Notes: generated from the letters alone by a model not told the origin. 64,000 nucleotides of DNA from Candidatus Tepidifontimicrobium thermophilum (GCA_031459915.1 JAVKHO010000007.1:1-64000), one strand, 5' to 3'; shown: positions 22,594 through 31,904, counted from the stretch's first letter. A program made the numbers and translations.

Positions 22594-23954
22594 GGGACCT
22601 AGTTAAGGTGGTGCTGCCCGAGAGCGAGCTGCCGAAGGCCTGGTACAACATCCTGGCGGACCTGCCCGCCCCTCCTCCACCGCCCCTCCACCCCGGAACC
22701 AAGCAGCCGGTGGGCCCCGCGGACCTGGAGCCGCTGTTCCCGCGGGAGATCATCCTGCAGGAGGTGAGCACCGAACGGTGGATCGAGATCCCGGAGCCGG
22801 TGCGTGAGGTGTACCGCCTGTGGAGGCCTACACCCCTGATCCGGGCCCGGCGGCTGGAGGCGGCCCTGCAGACGCCCGCCCGGATCTACTACAAGTACGA
22901 GGGCACCAGCCCCGCGGGCAGCCACAAGCCCAACACCGCGGTGGCGCAGGCCTTCTACAACCAGCAGGCGGGCGTGCGCCGCCTGACCACGGAGACCGGG
23001 GCAGGGCAGTGGGGCTCGGCCCTGGCCATGGCCTGCCGGATGTTCGGGCTGGAGTGCACGGTGTACATGGTGCGGGTCAGCTACGAGCAGAAGCCCTACC
23101 GCAGAGTGCTCATGGAGACGTGGGGCGCGGAGGTGGTGCCCAGCCCGAGTGACCGGACCCGGGCGGGCCGGGCCATCCGGGAACAAGAACCGGACTCGCC
23201 CGGGAGCCTGGGGATCGCCATCAGCGAGGCTGTGGAGGACGCGGCGACCCACGACGACACCAAGTACTCCCTGGGCAGCGTCCTGAACCACGTGCTGCTG
23301 CACCAGACGGTCATCGGCCTGGAGGCCAAGCGGCAGATGGAGCTGTTTGACGACTACCCCGACGTGGTGATCGGCTGCATCGGGGGCGGGAGCAACTTCG
23401 CAGGCCTGAGCTTCCCCTTCCTGCAGGACAAGCTGCGGGGCCGGGACCTGCGGGTGGTGGCGGTGGAGCCCACCGCGTGTCCCACCCTCACCCGGGGACG
23501 TTACCTCTACGACTTCGGGGACACCGCCCGCATGACCCCGCTGGTGAAGATGTACACCCTGGGACACACCTTCATCCCGCCCCGGATCCACGCGGGCGGG
23601 CTTCGCTACCACGGAGACGCGCCCACGGTCTGCCTGCTGTACGACCAGGGCTACATCGAGGCGGTGGCCTACCCGCAGAACGCGGTGTTCGAGGCCGCGG
23701 TGACCTTCGCGCGCACGGAGGGGATCCCGCCGGCCCCGGAGAGCGCACACGCGGTGCGCCGGGCCATCGACGAGGCCCTGGCGTGCCGGGAGTCGGGGGA
23801 GTCGAAGGCCATCTTGTTCAACCTGTCCGGGCACGGGCACTTCGACCTCGCCGCATACGAGGAGTACCTCGCCGGGCGGCTGCCGGACTTCGACTACCCG
23901 GAGGCGGAGATCCACAGGGCCCTGGAACGGCTGGAGGAGCTACAACCCGCGTAG
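22590..23954 (+). CDS. trpB2: TrpB-like PLP enzyme (TrpB2)
   Basis: [57 protein letters not shown]. Confidence 0.95.
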   Translation: MRDLVKVVLPESELPKAWYNILADLPAPPPPPLHPGTKQPVGPADLEPLFPREIILQEVSTERWIEIPEPVREVYRLWRPTPLIRARRLEAALQTPARIYYKYEGTSPAGSHKPNTAVAQAFYNQQAGVRRLTTETGAGQWGSALAMACRMFGLECTVYMVRVSYEQKPYRRVLMETWGAEVVPSPSDRTRAGRAIREQEPDSPGSLGIAISEAVEDAATHDDTKYSLGSVLNHVLLHQTVIGLEAKRQMELFDDYPDVVIGCIGGGSNFAGLSFPFLQDKLRGRDLRVVAVEPTACPTLTRGRYLYDFGDTARMTPLVKMYTLGHTFIPPRIHAGGLRYHGDAPTVCLLYDQGYIEAVAYPQNAVFEAAVTFARTEGIPPAPESAHAVRRAIDEALACRESGESKAILFNLSGHGHFDLAAYEEYLAGRLPDFDYPEAEIHRALERLEELQPA

Positions 23955-23958
23955 CCGG

Positions 23959-24360
23959 TCACGCCTCGGCCAGCGGAAAGCTCAACAGGCGATCTACCCG
24001 CAGGCTGAGCCGGTCGAGGATCTCCGTGGCCCGGTCCCGGCACTCCTCCGGGACCACGAGGTGGAACTCCCCGCCGCAGCTGTCCGCGTATGCCCGGAAC
24101 AGCTGCCACTGGCGGGCGGTCTCCTCCAGGTCCAGGGTGTCGCAGGTCTCCACCTCTACCACCAGCAGTCGGTTGGCGGGGTCGCGACCCGTGAGGTCGG
24201 GCCGCGAGGGGGAAAACCCCGGGAGGTGGAGGGAGCGGGGCGGCCGCTCGCCCGGGAGGTCTGCGAAGATACGGGTGTAGCCGGAGGCGGCGTACTGGCT
24301 CCGGGCTGCCCGGACCAGCCGCACGTGACGCTGGAAGGAAGCGAGCCTGCGATGCGCCAC
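23959..24360 (-). CDS. Hypothetical protein with PD-(D/E)xK-like motif
   Basis: 133 aa; RPDLTG...LLVVEVET...QWQLF...FHLVVP; fills the gap between trpB2 and regulator. Confidence 0.65.
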   Translation of the reverse strand: MAHRRLASFQRHVRLVRAARSQYAASGYTRIFADLPGERPPRSLHLPGFSPSRPDLTGRDPANRLLVVEVETCDTLDLEETARQWQLFRAYADSCGGEFHLVVPEECRDRATEILDRLSLRVDRLLSFPLAEA

Positions 24361-24435
24361 GGCTCCAGCTTGCCACGGCGGCCGGCCCCCGCCAACGGAG
24401 CCGGTCCCGTGCTATGGTTTCCGGGGAGGTAGCCG

Positions 24436-25128
24436 GTGTCCACGCACGACATCGCGAAGACCGAACGCACGGAGATGTACCTGAAGGCGGTGTTCGCCCT
24501 GCAGCACACCGCCCCGCCGGCCACGGTCTCGAAGGTGGCCGAGTTCATGGGCGTTTCCGTGCCCTCCGCCTCCGAGATGCTCAAGCGGCTGGAGCAGCAG
24601 GGGTACGTGTGCAGCACGGACGAGGGGGTGGGGCTGACGGCTGCCGGCCGGGACGTGGCGGTGCGCGTGGTGCGGCGGCTCAGGCTGGCAGAACGCCTGC
24701 TCACGGACGTGCTGGGTCTTGAGCTGGAGCGGGTCTACGAGGAGGCGTGCAAGCTGGAACACGTCATCAGCCCCGAGGTGGAGGCCCGGTTGGAGCACGT
24801 CCTGGGCTCGCCCGAGCGGTGCCCGCACGGACTCCCCATCCCGCGCCCGGACGGTTCGGTCAGCCCGTTACCCGAGGAAACCCTGGCAGATCTGGGGGAA
24901 GGGCAGACGGGGGTGGTCTGCGCGATCCCCGAAGAGGACCCCCAGCTGGTGGCTTACCTGCGGTCCCTCCACCTGGTGCCGAACGCCCGTGTGCGGGTAC
25001 TGGAGGTGGCGCCCTTCAACGGACCGATCTTCTTCGAAGCGGACGGATTCCGGCACGCCGTCGGACGGGAGGCCGCAGGACGCGTGCGCGTCCAGCCCCA
25101 CCCAGCCCCGCCAGAGCTGGAAGGTTAG
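24436..25128 (+). CDS. DtxR/MntR/IdeR family metal-dependent repressor with FeoA-like domain
   Basis: EMYLKAV, VSVPSASEMLKRL, RRLRLAERLL, EACKLEH, CPHGLPIP. Confidence 0.95.
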   Translation: MSTHDIAKTERTEMYLKAVFALQHTAPPATVSKVAEFMGVSVPSASEMLKRLEQQGYVCSTDEGVGLTAAGRDVAVRVVRRLRLAERLLTDVLGLELERVYEEACKLEHVISPEVEARLEHVLGSPERCPHGLPIPRPDGSVSPLPEETLADLGEGQTGVVCAIPEEDPQLVAYLRSLHLVPNARVRVLEVAPFNGPIFFEADGFRHAVGREAAGRVRVQPHPAPPELEG

Positions 25129-25130
25129 GC

Positions 25131-25161
25131 TTGACAATCAAGAGGGCTTAGAATAGCCTAA
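25131..25161 (+). promoter_or_regulatory. Promoter with overlapping DtxR-type operator
   Basis: TTGACA (25131-25136), 17 nt, TAGCCT (25154-25159) inside TTAGAATAGCCTAA (25148-25161). Confidence 0.75.
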
Positions 25162-25214
25162 TGCCGCAATCTTGACCTCTCAAGTCAACAACCGCGCACG
25201 GAGGTGGCCGCACG

Positions 25215-26261
25215 ATGCCAGCACGTCCCGCTGCCTTCTGGCCCCTACTGGCCTTGGTGGTTGCCTTTCTCGCTTTTCCCCAGCCCCGGGCTTCCGGGCA
25301 GGCCCGGGAGCTCAACCTGTACAACGGCCGGCACTACGACACTGACGAGGCCATTTACGAGGAGTTCACCCGCAGGACCGGGGTACGCGTGAACCTCGTC
25401 CAAGGAGACGCGGACCAGCTCATCGAGCGGATCCGGGCGGAAGGCTCCAACAGTCCCGCGGACGTGCTGGTGACGGTGGACGCCGGGCGCCTGTACCGGG
25501 CCCAGCAGCTGGGCTTGTGCCACCGCGTGGACTCGCCCGTGCTGAACGCCAGGATCCCCGCACACCTGCGCGACCCGCAGGGGTACTGGTTCGGGTTCAC
25601 CAAGCGCTTTCGGGTCATCGCGTACTCTCGGGCCCGGGTCGACCGGGCGAGCCTGTCCACCTACGAGGACCTGGCGTCTGTGCGCTGGCGGGGCAAGGTG
25701 CTCGTGCGCAGCTCCAGCCACGTGTACAACCAGTCCCTGGTCGGCGCCCTCATCGCCTGGCACGGCGAGGCCTTCGTGGCCCGGTGGGCCCGAGGCATGG
25801 TGGCCAACTTCGCGCGCCCGCCGCAGGGGGGAGACACCGACCAGCTGCGCGCCCTGGCCGCGGGGGAGGGCGACGTGGCCCTGGTGAACCACTACTACTA
25901 CCTGCGGCTGCTGAACTCGTCCAACTCTGCTGACCGTGTAGTGGCGCAGCGGGTAGGGCTGTTCTTCCCCAACCAGGGCCCCGAGGACCGCGGGGTCCAC
26001 GTGAACCTGAGCGGCGCGTGCGTGGTCGCTACCTCCCGGAACCGCCAGGCCGCGGTGGCCTTCCTGGAGTTTTTGAGTTCGGACTTCGCGCAGGAAGTGT
26101 TCAGCAAGGGCAACTTCGAATTCCCCGCGGTACGGGGGATCCGCAACCCCATGGCCGCCATCGCGCCCGCCAACCTCCGGGAGGACACGCTGAACGCCGC
26201 CACCTACGCGGCCAACGGCGGCAGGGCCCTGCACCTCATGGTGGCCGCGGGCTGGAGGTGA
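25215..26261 (+). CDS. Fe(III) ABC transporter substrate-binding protein (FutA/FbpA-like)
   Basis: Signal peptide; LYNGRHY, SPADVLVTVDAGRL, HVYNQSL, GGDTDQ, NHYYY, GVHVNLSG. Confidence 0.93.
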   Translation: MPARPAAFWPLLALVVAFLAFPQPRASGQARELNLYNGRHYDTDEAIYEEFTRRTGVRVNLVQGDADQLIERIRAEGSNSPADVLVTVDAGRLYRAQQLGLCHRVDSPVLNARIPAHLRDPQGYWFGFTKRFRVIAYSRARVDRASLSTYEDLASVRWRGKVLVRSSSHVYNQSLVGALIAWHGEAFVARWARGMVANFARPPQGGDTDQLRALAAGEGDVALVNHYYYLRLLNSSNSADRVVAQRVGLFFPNQGPEDRGVHVNLSGACVVATSRNRQAAVAFLEFLSSDFAQEVFSKGNFEFPAVRGIRNPMAAIAPANLREDTLNAATYAANGGRALHLMVAAGWR

Positions 26262-26271
26262 AGGGCTGTCG

Positions 26272-28032
26272 GTGACGCCTGGCAGCAGGGCCGCGGGTAC
26301 GGGCAGTGCTGCGGTGACCCGGGTCCGGCGGCGGACCTGGCACGGGCTTCTGCCCGCCGCCGGCCTCAGTGTGGCCGGCGCTCTGTCCCTGCCTGTGCTC
26401 ACCGTGGCCGCCAGCGTGTTCTTCCCGTCCGAGGCCGCGTGGGCGGAGTTCGTCCGGCTGGTCCTGCCCCGTTACGTCCGCAACACCGTGTGGCTTCTCC
26501 TGGGGGTGGCTGTGGGGACCTTGGGGGTGGGCGTGGGCGCGGCCTGGCTGGTCACCGCGTACCGTTTCCCCGGCCGCCGGTTGTGCCAGGCGCTGTTGCT
26601 GCTCCCCCTGGCGGTGCCCGCCTACCTGGTGGCGTACACCTACGCGGACCTGTTGCAGTACTCCGGCCCGATACAGTCCGCGCTGCGGGGCTGGTTGGGC
26701 TGGACCCGGGGGTACCCGTTTCCGGAGATCCGCTCCCTCGGTGGCGCGGTGTTCGTCCTTAGCTTCGTCCTTTACCCGTACGTGTACCTGCTGACCCGCG
26801 CGGCGCTGCTGGAGCAGTCCCCGGTGGTGTGGGAGGTGAGCCGGACCCTGGGCCACGGGCCGTGGAGCACCTTCTTCCGGGTCGCTCTCCCCGTAGCACG
26901 GCCCGGGATCGCCGCGGGGCTGAGCCTCGTGGCGATGGAGGTGCTGGCGGACTTCGGCACGGTCAAGTACTTCGAGCTGGACACCTTCGCCACGGGGATC
27001 TACCTGGTGTGGTTCAGTTTCGGGTCGGTACTGGGGGCGGCAAAACTGGCGGTGTGGCTGATGGGGTTCGTGCTGGCGGTGGTGGCCGCAGAACGGCTTT
27101 CCCGGGGCCGGAAGCGGTACCACCGGCCGGCAGGCCCGGTGCGCGAAGCGCGACCCCAGCAACTCACGGGGCCGCGGGCTGCTCTGGCGCTGGTGGCGTG
27201 CCTGGTCCCTCCGGCCTTGGGGTTCGGGATTCCCGGGGGGTACCTCGGGTGGATGGCCTGGGTGGGCGGGGATCCCCTGTGGGGTCGGGCGTTCCTCCGC
27301 TTGGCGGGCAACACGTTCGTCCTGGCCGCCACCGCGGCCGGCGCGGCGGTGCTGCTGTCGGCCCTGCTGGCCTACGGGCTGCGCCTTGCCCCTACCCCGG
27401 TGATGCGTCTGGCGGCCCGAGTGGTGTCCCTGGGTTACGCGGTGCCGGGCGTGGTGGTCGCGGTGGGCGTACTGGTGCCCCTCGGGTGGCTGGACAACAC
27501 CGTGGACGCGTACTTCCGGCGGTGGTGGGGAGTCCCCACGGGGCTGGTCCTGACCGGCACCACCTTCACCCTCGTGTACGCGTACCTGGTGCGGTTCCTG
27601 GCTGCTGCCCTGAGCACCGTGGAGGCAGGGCTAAGCCGCATCGGGCCGACCCTGGAAGGGGCCGCCAGGACTCTGGGGCACGGACCCGGAAGCGTCCTGT
27701 TGCGGGTACACGCCCCCCTCATGCGGGGAAGTATCTTCACCGCGGCCCTGCTGGTGTTCGTGGACGCACTCAAGGAGCTCCCGGCCACTCTGGTTTTGCG
27801 TCCCCTCAACTTCGACACCCTGGCCGTCCGGCTTTACCTCCTGGCCAGCGACGAGCGGCTCATGCAAGCTTCCACCTCCGGGCTTTGCATCCTGGCGGTA
27901 GGGTTGGTGCCCGTCCTGTGGCTGGACCGGGCGGTGCACCGGTCCCGGGCGGAGGCCCCTGCGGGGCTGGCTTCGGCTGACCCATCGGGTCCAGATCGGA
28001 TTGACCGGGGTAGCGGGATTCGCCTAGCCTAA
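26272..28032 (+). CDS. Fe(III) ABC transporter permease (FbpB-like)
   Basis: Duplicated permease; PLAVPAYLVAY, MEVLADFG, KELPATLVLRPLNFDTLA; start uncertain. Confidence 0.93.
   Translation: MTPGSRAAGTGSAAVTRVRRRTWHGLLPAAGLSVAGALSLPVLTVAASVFFPSEAAWAEFVRLVLPRYVRNTVWLLLGVAVGTLGVGVGAAWLVTAYRFPGRRLCQALLLLPLAVPAYLVAYTYADLLQYSGPIQSALRGWLGWTRGYPFPEIRSLGGAVFVLSFVLYPYVYLLTRAALLEQSPVVWEVSRTLGHGPWSTFFRVALPVARPGIAAGLSLVAMEVLADFGTVKYFELDTFATGIYLVWFSFGSVLGAAKLAVWLMGFVLAVVAAERLSRGRKRYHRPAGPVREARPQQLTGPRAALALVACLVPPALGFGIPGGYLGWMAWVGGDPLWGRAFLRLAGNTFVLAATAAGAAVLLSALLAYGLRLAPTPVMRLAARVVSLGYAVPGVVVAVGVLVPLGWLDNTVDAYFRRWWGVPTGLVLTGTTFTLVYAYLVRFLAAALSTVEAGLSRIGPTLEGAARTLGHGPGSVLLRVHAPLMRGSIFTAALLVFVDALKELPATLVLRPLNFDTLAVRLYLLASDERLMQASTSGLCILAVGLVPVLWLDRAVHRSRAEAPAGLASADPSGPDRIDRGSGIRLA
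28001..28032 (+). promoter_or_regulatory. Internal promoter with second DtxR-type operator before the ATPase gene
   Basis: TTGACC (28001-28006), 18 nt, TAGCCT (28025-28030) inside TTCGCCTAGCCTAA (28019-28032). Confidence 0.55.
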
Positions 28033-28054
28033 ACCGGGTACGGGAGGACTGCCC

Positions 28055-29134
28055 ATGGTCGCGCACGCGAGGGAAACGGAACGTACCCCGGAAGCCTGGG
28101 TGCGGCTGGTGGGCGTGTCCAAGCGTTTCGGGACCGTCCAGGCGCTGTCGGGCCTGACCCTGTCCGTGCAGTCCGGAGAGATCCTGGTGTTGTTGGGGCC
28201 CAGCGGGTGCGGGAAGACCACGGCGCTGCGGATCGTGGCGGGTCTCGAGCACCCGGACGAGGGCTGGGTGGAGCTGGCTGGCCAGGTGGTGGCAGGACCG
28301 CGCTGGGTTCCGCCGGAAGCGCGCGGCGTGGGCATGGTCTTCCAGGAGCCCTCCCTGTTCCCGCACCTCACCGTGCTCCAGAACGTCGCGTTCGGGCTGC
28401 GCGGCATGTCCCGGGCCGAGCAGCTCCGGCGGGCGCACGAGGTCCTGGACCGGGTGGGTGCGGCAGAGCTGGCGGGCCGGTTCCCCCACGAGCTGTCGGG
28501 AGGAGAGCAGCAGCGCGTGGCCCTGGCCAGGGCGCTGGCGCCGAGGCCCTCGGTGGTGCTGCTGGACGAACCCCTGAGCAGCCTGGACCCGGAGCTGCGG
28601 CGGCGCATGCGGGAGGAGCTAAGACGTCTGCTCAAGCTGGAGGGGAGTACTGCCATCGTGGTGACCCACGACCAGGAGGAGGCGTTCGCGCTGGCGGATC
28701 GCATTGGCGTGCTGAGCCGGGGGCGGCTGTGGCAGGTGGGACCTCCGGAGGAGATCTACCACGCGCCCGCGTGCCGGTTCGTGGCGGACTTCGTGGGCGA
28801 GGCGGACTTCCTTCCCGGCCGAGTCCGCGACCACGTGGCCCGCACCGAACTCGGGGACTTCCCCTGCAACGGGCTCCCGGAAGGCGCGTTGGTGGAGGTG
28901 ATGCTGCGGCCTGCGGACCTGGCCGTGGAGCCCGATGTGGACGGACCCGCGGTGGTAGTCGGCCGACGTTTCCGCGGCCCGGAGACGCTGTACGAGGTCC
29001 GCCTGGCGTCGGGCCGCGTGGTCAGGTGTCGGGTCGCTGGCGAGGCTGCCCTCAGGCCCGGTGCCCGGGTCCGGGTGCGGGCTACCACCGCGCGGGTCGT
29101 GGTGTTCCCCGCGGAGGCAGGTGAGGCAGGCTAG
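28055..29134 (+). CDS. Fe(III) ABC transporter ATP-binding protein (FbpC-like)
   Basis: GPSGCGKT, LSGGEQQRV, LLDEP, VTHDQEEA, TOBE-like C-terminus. Confidence 0.93.
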   Translation: MVAHARETERTPEAWVRLVGVSKRFGTVQALSGLTLSVQSGEILVLLGPSGCGKTTALRIVAGLEHPDEGWVELAGQVVAGPRWVPPEARGVGMVFQEPSLFPHLTVLQNVAFGLRGMSRAEQLRRAHEVLDRVGAAELAGRFPHELSGGEQQRVALARALAPRPSVVLLDEPLSSLDPELRRRMREELRRLLKLEGSTAIVVTHDQEEAFALADRIGVLSRGRLWQVGPPEEIYHAPACRFVADFVGEADFLPGRVRDHVARTELGDFPCNGLPEGALVEVMLRPADLAVEPDVDGPAVVVGRRFRGPETLYEVRLASGRVVRCRVAGEAALRPGARVRVRATTARVVVFPAEAGEAG

Positions 29135-29186
29135 GCCGGGCCCGCACTCCCGCCTGCGTTGGTTCCACAGGAAGGTGCAGTGCCGC

Positions 29187-29918
29187 TTATCCGCGGTGCG
29201 CCCGCAGCTCCCGGCGGAGCCGCCACAGCTCCACGAACGCGCGCGCCACCACGTCCAGCCGGCCGCCGCTCTGACGCCCCCACCGTCGCGGGTAGTGGGG
29301 CACCCCCACCTCCACCACGCGAGCGCCGCGGGCAGCAGCCCGGCACAGCAGCTCCGTGCTGAGGAACGCGCCGGTGGCCCGCAGGGGCAGGTCCTCGACG
29401 ACTTCCTTCCGCAGGAGCTTGAAAGCGCAGTCCACGTCCCGCACCCGGAGGCCGAACCACGCCCGCACCAGGAGGTTCCACAGCCACCCGAACAGCCTTC
29501 GGTGCGGGGGGTCCCGGCGTCGGAGCCGGTAGCCCACCACCAGGTCCGCGGAGGCGGCGTGGGGCAGCAAACGCAACAGGTCTCGGGGGTCGAACTGGCC
29601 GTCCCCGTCGGTGAAGAAGATCCACGGGTAGCGGGAGGCAGCGAAGCCGGTTCGCAGGGCCGCGCCGTAGCCGAGGTTGCGGGGGTGGCTTGTTAGCCGG
29701 ACCCGGGGGTCCTGTTGCGCCAGGCGGCGGCTCAGCTCCGCGGTGCGGTCCGTGCTCCCGTCGTCCACCACGATGACCTCGAAGGGCACCCCGAGGCCCT
29801 CGAGGGTGCTCACCACCGCCCGCACCACGCGTTCCACGTTGCCCTCCTCGTTGTGGCACGGGACGAACGCGCTGACCCCTCCGGATATGGCTTCTGTAAG
29901 GTCCTGGCGGGGACTCAC
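29187..29918 (-). CDS. GT2 glycosyltransferase (polyprenol-phosphate sugar synthase, DPM1/ArnC-like)
   Basis: PCHNEEGN, VDDGSTD, NLGYGAALRTG, TDGDGQFD, DVDCAFK. Confidence 0.92.
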   Translation of the reverse strand: MSPRQDLTEAISGGVSAFVPCHNEEGNVERVVRAVVSTLEGLGVPFEVIVVDDGSTDRTAELSRRLAQQDPRVRLTSHPRNLGYGAALRTGFAASRYPWIFFTDGDGQFDPRDLLRLLPHAASADLVVGYRLRRRDPPHRRLFGWLWNLLVRAWFGLRVRDVDCAFKLLRKEVVEDLPLRATGAFLSTELLCRAAARGARVVEVGVPHYPRRWGRQSGGRLDVVARAFVELWRLRRELRAHRG

Positions 29919-30268
29919 GCGCTGCTGCTCACCAGCACCAGTCCCAGGATGATGGCGGCAACCCCTGCCACCCGCACCGCAGGGATCGTCTCGCCGAACA
30001 GGTAAGCGGAAGCCAGCAGTACGATCACGTACCCCAGCGACAGGAGCGGGTAGGCCAGACTGAGCGGGGCGCGGGACAGGACCACGATCCACAGCACGCT
30101 GGCCACCCCGTACAGGGCGAAGCCGGCAAGGATGTGGGGGCTGGTGACGATCCGCCACAGGAGCAGGCCCACCTCGGAGGCGGGCCCTACCCGCAGGGCT
30201 CCCATCTTCAGCAACACCTGGCCCGCGGCCCCCAGGAGGACGGAGATCAGGATCAGCAACAGCGTCAT
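29915..30268 (-). CDS. Small EamA/SMR-like membrane protein (ArnE/ArnF-like flippase candidate)
   Basis: 117 aa, four hydrophobic helices; GQVLLK, LSRAPLSLAYPLLS, LFGETI. Confidence 0.85.
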   Translation of the reverse strand: MTLLLILISVLLGAAGQVLLKMGALRVGPASEVGLLLWRIVTSPHILAGFALYGVASVLWIVVLSRAPLSLAYPLLSLGYVIVLLASAYLFGETIPAVRVAGVAAIILGLVLVSSSA

Positions 30269-30300
30269 GGGCTCCCCCGTCTCGTTGGTGTGCCAAATCG

Positions 30301-31488
30301 CTAGACCCAAGAACGGACCAGCGTCCACCACCGCAACCAGGTGGCCGGGACCGGGTACGCGGTCAGGACCGGCAGCTGGTACAGGAACACCAAGGCGGCC
30401 GCCGTCCAGTACCCACGGATCCACCGCGCCAGCGGGCCCCGCGCCGACTCCAGGCCCGCAGCCAGGGCCAGGTACCCGAACGGCAGCACCGGAGTGAAAT
30501 GGTACACGAAAAGCAACCGTCCCACGAACGCGTACGGCAGGTAACTCAGGGCAAACCCGACCGCCGCGAAGGCCAGGGGAGGTGAGTTCCGCACCTGCCG
30601 GAGTGCGGCGACGACCGCGGGCAGCACGGCCCACCAGATCACGGGGTTGCCCACCGCGAAGATCCCCTTCATCCAGCCGCTGGAGGCTTCGTAGTAGTAC
30701 CACATGGGCCGCAGCAGCAGGGGCCAGGACCACCACGGACTGGCGTAGGGGTGAGTGGCCTGTAGGGTCGCGTGGTAGCGGTACATGTTGACGTGCAGGC
30801 GCGCCAGGTCGGCCAGGTTTTCCCCCCGCGCCACGTGCGGGACGTAACTGGCCGCGTAGACGGCCAGGGGCACAACGAGCAGGCTCGCGGCTACGGCCCA
30901 CCCCGGCCAGCGCCGGCCAACGCCCGGCCCCGCCAGCGCCACCAGGAAACCCAGCGCTGCCAGGCTGGCGAGACCGGTCCACTTGGTGGCACACGCCGCG
31001 CCTGCGGCACCTCCTGCGGCCGCCAGGTACCCCCACCGCCCGGTGCGCACCGCAGCCCACGCGAGGGCGTAGGCCAGCACGCTGAAGGTCGCGAGGAACA
31101 CTTCGGGTTTGGCGATTCGGGACTCCACCACCCAGATGGAGTCCAGCGTACCCAAAGCGGCTACCGCGAGGCCCGACGACGGCCGGCCTGTGGCGAGGGT
31201 CCCGAAGACGTACAGGGCGGGGATCATCAGGGTCCCGAACACCGCGGGCACCACCCGCCAGCCCCACGGGTCAAACCCCGCCGCGCGGATGCCCACCGCC
31301 ACCAGCAGCTTGGACAGGGGAGGGTGCGTCCACTCGTAGATGGGCTGGCCGGTGAGGTACTCGTGCGCGGTGCGGGCGTAGTAGATCTCGTCGAAGACCT
31401 GCTTCGGTGGGTCCCCCAGCCGCCAGAACCGGACCCCCGCGGAGAGCAGCACCAGGGCCAGCAGCCACCATCCGGGACGACGCGCCAT
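30301..31488 (-). CDS. Protein O-mannosyltransferase-like GT-C glycosyltransferase (PMT family)
   Basis: VFDEIYY, HPPLSK, GWR, HPYASPWWSWP, GNPVIWW; multiple TM helices; start 31488 or 31497. Confidence 0.88.
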   Translation of the reverse strand: MARRPGWWLLALVLLSAGVRFWRLGDPPKQVFDEIYYARTAHEYLTGQPIYEWTHPPLSKLLVAVGIRAAGFDPWGWRVVPAVFGTLMIPALYVFGTLATGRPSSGLAVAALGTLDSIWVVESRIAKPEVFLATFSVLAYALAWAAVRTGRWGYLAAAGGAAGAACATKWTGLASLAALGFLVALAGPGVGRRWPGWAVAASLLVVPLAVYAASYVPHVARGENLADLARLHVNMYRYHATLQATHPYASPWWSWPLLLRPMWYYYEASSGWMKGIFAVGNPVIWWAVLPAVVAALRQVRNSPPLAFAAVGFALSYLPYAFVGRLLFVYHFTPVLPFGYLALAAGLESARGPLARWIRGYWTAAALVFLYQLPVLTAYPVPATWLRWWTLVRSWV

Positions 31489-31512
31489 CGACTGCATGGT
31501 ACGCCCGGGCGT

Positions 31513-31541
31513 TTGACAGCGCCAACGTGGCGTGCTACGTT
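31513..31541 (+). promoter_or_regulatory. Sigma70-type promoter of an unannotated small transcript
   Basis: TTGACA (31513-31518), 17 nt, TGc-TACGTT (31533-31541). Confidence 0.65.
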
Positions 31542-31667
31542 GCCCGCAAAGGTCGCGGGGCCGAGTCTGGTCCGCTCGGGGTTCGGACGTGTGCGCGGGT
31601 CTTTCAGGCCCCGGCCAATCCCAGCTGCCGGGGCCCGGTGGCCACAAGGAAAGGAGGTGGTGCGCCG

Positions 31668-31712
31668 TTGAGTAGACATCGCACCCCCACCCACCTGGAG
31701 GAGGAGGGGTAA
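31668..31712 (+). CDS. Putative 14-aa micropeptide MSRHRTPTHLEEEG (may instead be part of an ncRNA)
   Basis: Perfect SD AAAGGAGGTG (31650-31659) 8 nt before TTG; tandem stops TAA TAG; terminator follows. Confidence 0.4.
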   Translation: MSRHRTPTHLEEEG

Positions 31713-31723
31713 TAGAGAAGTTG

Positions 31724-31758
31724 GGAGTCCCGGCGGTGGGCCGGGACTCCTGGTTTTT
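31724..31758 (+). terminator. Intrinsic terminator
   Basis: GGAGTCCCGGC-ggtgg-GCCGGGACTCC then TGGTTTTT. Confidence 0.8.
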
Positions 31759-31813
31759 GGCAAGGTTCCAACCCCTGGGCCGCGCCGCGGGCCCTGCGGT
31801 ATACTCGGCGTGG

Positions 31814-31890
31814 GGCGGCGTAGCTCAGTTGGTTAGAGCACGCGGTTCATACCCGCGGTGTCGGGGGTTCGAAGCCCTCCGCCGCCACCA
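31814..31890 (+). tRNA. tRNA-Met (CAT), elongator type
   Basis: 77-nt cloverleaf GGCGGCG...CGCCGCC-A-CCA; anticodon arm CGCGG-TTCATAC-CCGCG; T loop TTCGAAG; TATACT -10 just upstream. Confidence 0.95.
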
Positions 31891-31904
31891 CCGAGGCGAG
31901 GCAG

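Noticed and set aside
31814..31890. tRNA-Ile2 or initiator tRNA-fMet assignment
   Set aside because: Paired G1-C72 and lack of the three G-C anticodon-stem pairs exclude fMet; sequence resembles elongator Met more than Ile2.
31814..31890. tRNA as an integration site
   Set aside because: No integrase and no duplicated tRNA 3' end seen in the window.
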